From a virus (taxonomy: Duplodnaviria > Caudoviricetes): a stretch of DNA of 25,710 nucleotides. Numbering within the stretch: the first letter of the stretch is position 1; each line of letters opens with the position of its first letter. The stretch spans positions 1-25,710 of the IMG/VR virus record IMGVR_UViG_3300005573_000258; one strand, written 5' to 3'. Shown in pieces: positions 24,351 through 25,710 of the stretch. The notes below the pieces were generated by a model. It ran no database searches, was not told the origin of the DNA, and saw only the letters and a program-made list of their open reading frames with translations. Made by a program: the position numbers and the translations under genes.

Positions 24351-25190
24351 ATGCAAGTTAAATTTTTTATTATCTCATTTTTAATTCTGATTTTTAGTTA
24401 TACTTTTTCAGCTGGAGTTCCGGACAATGTCCAAAATCTTCTTAAACAGGCTATTAATAGTTCTAACTTAACTGAAATCAAGGCTATGATCTTTGAAAAT
24501 CAACTTTATAACTATGAAAATTTCAACACAAACAATTTTATCAATCGAGCCAATGACTTGCTTTATTTTTGGGGTTACCTTGCTGGTGTTTTTCAAAAAG
24601 TTAACGAAGAAAACTACAAATTATACTCACAAATTACTAAAGATGAAGACTTAAAAATGCTTAGTGAGACTTTAACAAAGCTTATGGATACTACCGAGCC
24701 CGATTCTGAAGGTTATTTCAATAATGAAGATTACAAAGAATTTATCGAAATGTATAAAACGCTCTCTTCTAAGTTCTCTAACACACTCTTTATTAAAGAT
24801 TTTGCTTTAGTTACAAATGCATTATATAAACAAACTTACGAAGGTAATGGTTTTATGCTTGCAGATAAATATAATGCAGACGGTTATATCTATGGCGTTA
24901 AAAATGCAATCACAAAGATATTGAATGGAGATGAAACAGTAGACAACCTAAAAAAATACATTATAATACCCTTGTTAGAAGATAAAAATTATAAGGTAGT
25001 TAAAACTACAAAAGATCTGGCAGCGTATATTGATTTAAAAAGTGGGACTTCAATCCTTCTTAAGAAACTTCCTCAAAAATCCTACATTATTAATTCTTCA
25101 CTTGATGTTAATGCTGTTTATATGATTGAAGGAATTCAAAAGGATAAAAAAGGAGAGGAATACATTCTACTTAAAGCCCTGAAAAAGTAA
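24351..25190 (+). CDS. Secreted/periplasmic hypothetical protein (cargo)
   Basis: AGGAGG RBS; signal peptide MQVKFFIISFLILIFSYTFSA; no family recognised. Confidence 0.8.
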   Translation: MQVKFFIISFLILIFSYTFSAGVPDNVQNLLKQAINSSNLTEIKAMIFENQLYNYENFNTNNFINRANDLLYFWGYLAGVFQKVNEENYKLYSQITKDEDLKMLSETLTKLMDTTEPDSEGYFNNEDYKEFIEMYKTLSSKFSNTLFIKDFALVTNALYKQTYEGNGFMLADKYNADGYIYGVKNAITKILNGDETVDNLKKYIIIPLLEDKNYKVVKTTKDLAAYIDLKSGTSILLKKLPQKSYIINSSLDVNAVYMIEGIQKDKKGEEYILLKALKK

Positions 25191-25497
25191 AAAAGTTGGT
25201 TAGTCTATTTAAAAGGTATCTTTTTCTTACTCACTTTTACCTTTTTAAACAAGAAAAAAATACAACTTTACCCAAAGTTTTATCTTATTATATCTTAATA
25301 CTTTAAACACTCTTTAAATGCCATTTGAACACTTTTAAATTTTCTTTAGTGATTTCTCAAAAGTTGTTTAGTCTATTTTTTATTCTTCCTACCAATCCTA
25401 AAAACAAAACTCCCTAAAGCTTTATAAAATAAAAAATTAGCAGGTTATATTTCTTTTAACCTTATCTTGAACTTCCAGAACCCTTAAAAGTTGTTTA
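25191..25497 (+). repeat. Dispersed subterminal direct repeats
   Basis: AAAAGTTGGTTAGTCTATTT (25191-25210), AAAAGTTGTTTAGTCTATTT (25359-25378) and partial AAAAGTTGTTTA (25486-25497). Confidence 0.7.
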
Positions 25498-25544
25498 ATT
25501 TTATAGAGTTTTACTTAATTATTCTTTATAATATATATAATTAC

Positions 25545-25588
25545 ATTATGTCAAACTATATGCTAAATTATGTCAAACTATTTGCTAG
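25545..25588 (+). repeat. Tandem 22-bp repeats, putative transposase-binding sites at the prophage end
   Basis: ATTATGTCAAACTATATGCTAA followed by ATTATGTCAAACTATTTGCTAG (20/22); size and spacing as for Mu end sites. Confidence 0.75.
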
Positions 25589-25609
25589 GCTATAAGGAGG
25601 GGAAAAGAT

Positions 25610-25710
25610 GTGTTTAAGGAGTTGTATCTTGATATCATACAAGAAATAAAGAAGCATATAATAGATAAAAGAAAGAGCATACAAATTTCATTAGAAAGCA
25701 TTCTGGGAAT
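25610..25710 (+). CDS. Probable host ORF flanking the prophage (partial)
   Basis: AGGAGG then GTG TTT AAG GAG TTG TAT...; frame is open to the window edge; could instead be the remainder of an interrupted gene. Confidence 0.35.
   Translation, partial: MFKELYLDIIQEIKKHIIDKRKSIQISLESILG

Larger units (their letters stand above)
1..25594 (-). mobile_element. Mu-like transposable prophage, left ~25.6 kb; continues beyond position 1
   Basis: Gene order repressor | DDE transposase, MuB ATPase, Gam, GemA, Mor, lysis, terminase, portal/MuF, protease, capsid, sheath, tube, tape measure; terminal tandem repeats at 25545-25588. The exact end is inferred. Confidence 0.93.

Overview
Almost the whole window (1 to about 25594) is the left ~25.6 kb of a Mu-like (transposable) prophage with a contractile tail, in an AT-rich host I cannot identify from sequence alone. 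The likely left end lies at the right edge (22-bp tandem repeats). Moving inward there is a + strand cassette of an S24/LexA-type repressor and two cargo genes, then, on the - strand, the early operon (MuA transposase, MuB ATPase, Gam), middle genes (GemA-like, lytic transglycosylase, Mor), lysis genes, packaging and head genes, and tail genes up to and just past the tape measure. Features not shown by the ORF track: a complete type II hammerhead ribozyme after gam; a 50-aa stand-alone NrdD glycyl-radical domain; a portal-MuF-nuclease(PBECR-like) triple fusion with no protein immunity gene but a convergent promoter driving a structured small RNA; a large out-of-frame internal deletion in the terminase large subunit; a leaderless 39-aa membrane moron beside the tape measure gene; a -1 frameshift in the tail chaperone; and an RNA-rich lysis/lysogeny region with convergent promoters and no recognisable ner/cro. 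All family assignments come from motif recognition and gene order; no database search was run.
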